DNA from: Syntrophomonadaceae bacterium | Lineage (GTDB): Bacteria > Bacillota > Dethiobacteria > DTU022 | Length of the DNA stretch: 64,000 nucleotides | NCBI GenBank assembly: GCA_007119965.1 | Contig: SKOR01000037.1 | Span: 32,595-96,594, forward strand | Reading direction: 5' to 3' | In this document: positions 61,308 through 64,000 of the stretch, piece after piece | How the letters are laid out: the number at the start of each line of letters is the position of its first letter | How positions within the stretch are numbered: the stretch's first letter is position 1 | The notes under the pieces: model-generated | What the model was told of the DNA's origin: nothing | What the model saw: the letters and a program-made list of their open reading frames with translations, nothing else | Databases searched by the model: none | Made by a program: the position numbers and the translations under genes

Positions 61308-62153
61308 TTAAATAATTTTTTCAAGGTGCCGGCAGGCGTGGCAGTTGATATTAACCGCTGCTGCCATGCTGGCAATATGGGACGGGTAATCTTCGATGTG
61401 CACCGCCAGGGCGAAATTCCTTCCGCCGAAGCCCTGCGGCCCCACCCCGAGATCGTTGATTTTATCCTTGATTCTTTTTTCCAGGTCGGCAAACTTACTG
61501 TTCGGGTTGCTTTCGCCCACCTTACGGAAAAGCGCTTTTTTAGCCTGTACAGCAACCTTGTCAAAAGTTCCCCCGATGCCCACACCAACTACAATTGGCG
61601 GGCAGGGGTTTGGCCCGGCCGCCTTGACATGGTTTACGACGAAATCAATAAAACCGGCTTCGCCATCCGAAGGCTTGAGCATCTTTACTGCACTCATGTT
61701 CTCACTTCCGCCGCCTTTCGGCGCAAACGAAATCTTTACCTTATCACCGGGCACAATATCGGTATAAATTACCGCAGGGGTATTATCGCCGGTATTTTTG
61801 CGTTCATAAAGCGGATCGCTGACTATTGACTTGCGCAGGTATCCTTCCTCATAACCCCGTTTTACTCCGGCATTGATCGCTTCTTCCAGCGATCCGCCGG
61901 TTAAGTGTACTTCCTGGCCCCACTCGACGAAAAACACGGCAAATCCCGTATCCTGGCAGATGGGGATTTGTTCGTCGCGGGCAATTTCAACATTCTCAAT
62001 CAGCTGTTTTAAAACTTCTTTTCCGGTTGGCGATTCTTCCGTCTCCAGGGCGTCTTTCAAGGCACTGAATACATCTTCACCCAGGTAAATATTCGCCTGT
62101 TCGCACATCTCGGCCACATGATCAGAAATAGTTGACGCGGCAAGTTCCCGCAA
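61308..62153 (-). CDS. fumA: Class I (Fe-S) fumarate hydratase alpha subunit
   Basis: Fe-S hydro-lyase alpha-type sequence with Cys ligands (PICQDTG, NPCPP). A probable TTG start at 62153 is preceded by AGGGAGGTG. The ORF-track start at 62204 would translate through the SD. Confidence 0.8.
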   Translation of the reverse strand: MRELAASTISDHVAEMCEQANIYLGEDVFSALKDALETEESPTGKEVLKQLIENVEIARDEQIPICQDTGFAVFFVEWGQEVHLTGGSLEEAINAGVKRGYEEGYLRKSIVSDPLYERKNTGDNTPAVIYTDIVPGDKVKISFAPKGGGSENMSAVKMLKPSDGEAGFIDFVVNHVKAAGPNPCPPIVVGVGIGGTFDKVAVQAKKALFRKVGESNPNSKFADLEKRIKDKINDLGVGPQGFGGRNFALAVHIEDYPSHIASMAAAVNINCHACRHLEKII

Positions 62154-62566
62154 AATCAGACACCTCCCTGTTAGTCTTAAGTACCGGGCTTCAACATTAC
62201 CCAATATAATTTTATTTTCTGCTTTTTGCTTAAAATTCCTGCCGCGAATTATAATATTTACTATAATTCTAAAATTTATTTTCTAACTTGATGACATAAC
62301 GTCATTTATTTCTATATTTTTAGATCGGCTCCCGCCTGCGAAGGGATCCGGATCTTCATTCAGCTGTAAGCAAAGCTGCCCCCTGCCTTGCGGAGGAGCA
62401 GCTATAACCGGCAGGCGATTGTATCGGGCAGGCGGCAAAAACCCTGGCGCAGGCGCTTCCATTGCCCGTAAGCGCAGAGAGATAAGAAACCCTGCGCTTA
62501 CAGATGCCGGAAACCTTCAGGTTGGCTTGAGAGACAGATCTTATCCATAGTCAGGACCTGTGCTGA

Positions 62567-63460
62567 TTATTTAGAGGCCTCTATCCTCTTAAGCAGGACT
62601 TCCCAGTCATGATCCACTTCTTCCTGCAGGGCTTCGATCCTTACATCCTCCATCTGTTTAAACCGGCGCTGTCCGCTTAAATACTCTTTTAACGGCAGCC
62701 TCTTTCCTTCCGGCTGGCAGGTCATTTTCCAGGAGACTCCGTTTATAATCTCGTAGAGGGGGAAAAACCCTGTCGCTACGGCCTGCCTGGAAAGGTGAAT
62801 CGTATCCGAAGATTCGGTTCCCCAGCCCGGCGGGCAGGGCGATAAGATATGGATAAAGCGGAACCCCCTGATTTCCCGGGCCTTTTTAAGCTTCCTTTCC
62901 ATATCTTCCGGAAAAGCAACAGTAGCCGTAGCGGCGTAAGGGATGCTGTGGGCAGCCATAATCTGCATGATATCTTTTTTCTGCCCCTCTTTAAACAGCG
63001 GATAGGGTGCGGTAGCAGTCCGCGCCCCGAAAGGCGTGGCTGAACTGGTCTGCATACCTGTATTCATGTAGGCTTCATTATCGTAGCAAACAAACATGTA
63101 GTCTTCGTTGCGCTGGGCAGCGCCGGACAGGGCCTGCAGGCCGATATCGAAAGTACCGCCGTCACCGGCCAAAACGACCACGGTCGTGTCATACTGGCCC
63201 TTCGCGTTAAGGCCCCGCCTGACACCGCTGCCGACTGAACCGGCACTGGGGAAAGGACAGTGCAGGATTGGGCACTTCAGGGCTGTTAAGGGCGGCATCC
63301 CGGTTATAATGCTCCAGCACGAAGCGGTTAAAACCAGCGCTAAATCTGGCCCGAGCGCCCTGGTCAGGTAGCGGACCGCCAGGGCTGCACCGCAGCCGGG
63401 GCAGGCGTTGTGCCCGGCATAAAGCATTTCCGACTCATGGTTCATTATGTCAGTTTTCAC
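62567..63460 (-). CDS. porB: 2-oxoacid:ferredoxin oxidoreductase beta subunit (TPP-binding; PorB/KorB type)
   Basis: TPP-binding GDGG block, N-terminal CPGCG, size 297 aa typical of 4-subunit PFOR/KOR. Confidence 0.85.
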   Translation of the reverse strand: MKTDIMNHESEMLYAGHNACPGCGAALAVRYLTRALGPDLALVLTASCWSIITGMPPLTALKCPILHCPFPSAGSVGSGVRRGLNAKGQYDTTVVVLAGDGGTFDIGLQALSGAAQRNEDYMFVCYDNEAYMNTGMQTSSATPFGARTATAPYPLFKEGQKKDIMQIMAAHSIPYAATATVAFPEDMERKLKKAREIRGFRFIHILSPCPPGWGTESSDTIHLSRQAVATGFFPLYEIINGVSWKMTCQPEGKRLPLKEYLSGQRRFKQMEDVRIEALQEEVDHDWEVLLKRIEASK

Positions 63461-64000
63461 CTTAAATCAACTCCCCACTTTTGTTCGACATGCCCTTCAG
63501 CTTTCTCTTCCCTGACAATTCGTTCCAGCATTTCAATAGTCAGGTCGATCCCGCCGGCCAGGATTATATCCTGCACATCGGGCTGATTATCCATCCCGTA
63601 GAGGGCCGAACGCAGCTCCTGGGCAAATATGCCGCCCATGCCTGTCGAACAGTTGCGGTCGATCACTATAACTTTCTCCACCCCGTGTTCTTCCAGGGCG
63701 CTGCACAGCTCCTCGCGGGGGAAGGGGCGAAACATTCTCAGCTGCAGCAGGCCTGTATCCTGCATCTTCGGCAGCGCCCAGCGAACAGTTTCAGCTGTTG
63801 CGCCGGCGGCCAGGATAACGGTTTTGGCCCCGTCCGGGATAACCGGATCAATCGCGCCGTAGCTGCGTCCGAAGGTTTCCTGGAAGCGGCTGTTAATCGC
63901 TTTGAAGGACTGCGGCGCCAGTTTCATGGCCTCGTGGCGGCCCCTGATCAGTTCGATCTGGTTGTCCCCTGTGGTCAGGCCGTGCAGGTTTGCCGGCGCA
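63457..64000 (-). CDS. porA: 2-oxoacid:ferredoxin oxidoreductase alpha subunit, C-terminal part (gene continues beyond the window)
   Basis: Alpha-subunit C-terminal domain sequence. The frame stays open without a stop to position 64000. It overlaps the porB start by 4 nt. Confidence 0.75.
   Translation of the reverse strand, partial: APANLHGLTTGDNQIELIRGRHEAMKLAPQSFKAINSRFQETFGRSYGAIDPVIPDGAKTVILAAGATAETVRWALPKMQDTGLLQLRMFRPFPREELCSALEEHGVEKVIVIDRNCSTGMGGIFAQELRSALYGMDNQPDVQDIILAGGIDLTIEMLERIVREEKAEGHVEQKWGVDLR

Noticed and set aside
62200-62330. Possible sigma-54 (-24 GG / -12 GC) promoter upstream of fumA
   Set aside because: The best candidate (GGCAGGAATTTTAAGC on the minus strand) has a 12-nt GG-to-GC spacing rather than the required 10 nt. 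No convincing match was found by eye, so this needs a PWM scan.

Overview
This 64-kb window is chromosomal DNA from a Gram-positive, spore-forming Firmicute. It looks Clostridia-like and is roughly 55% GC, with strong AGGAGG-type Shine-Dalgarno sites and frequent TTG/GTG start codons. About 90% of the genes lie on the minus strand. Most of the window is tightly packed housekeeping operons in Bacillus-like order: cinA-recA-recX followed by rny-ymdB-spoVS; rimO-ftsK-dagK-like-rnj-dut; rimP-nusA-ylxR-infB-rbfA-nrnA-truB-ribF-rpsO-pnp; rpsB-tsf-pyrH-frr-uppS-cdsA-dxr-rseP-ispG; and dnaE-pfkA-pyk.

The non-core content is:
- A capA-like gene plus an overlapping GT4 glycosyltransferase at the left edge.
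- tRNA-Gln(CUG) with its own promoter, next to gltX, plus a 38-codon hydrophobic small ORF.
- A three-gene membrane module of a Na+-pumping biotin decarboxylase (OadG-like, biotin carrier, beta subunit) with no alpha subunit in cis.
- A lone plus-strand DUF1015 gene.
- An AcuC-like deacetylase paired with a thioesterase.
- A LonC-type (AAA_32 plus Lon_C) protease translationally coupled to nth.
- At the right edge, a minus-strand catabolic array: porA-porB, then fumA-fumB, malic enzyme, an anchor-less SdhB/SdhA-like pair, and a family III CoA-transferase. The most interesting reading is a soluble succinate/fumarate oxidoreductase inside a propionate- or C4-dicarboxylate-oxidation module.

I found no CRISPR array, transposase, integrase or phage genes. 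All calls rest on motif recognition by eye and need HMM/BLAST confirmation.
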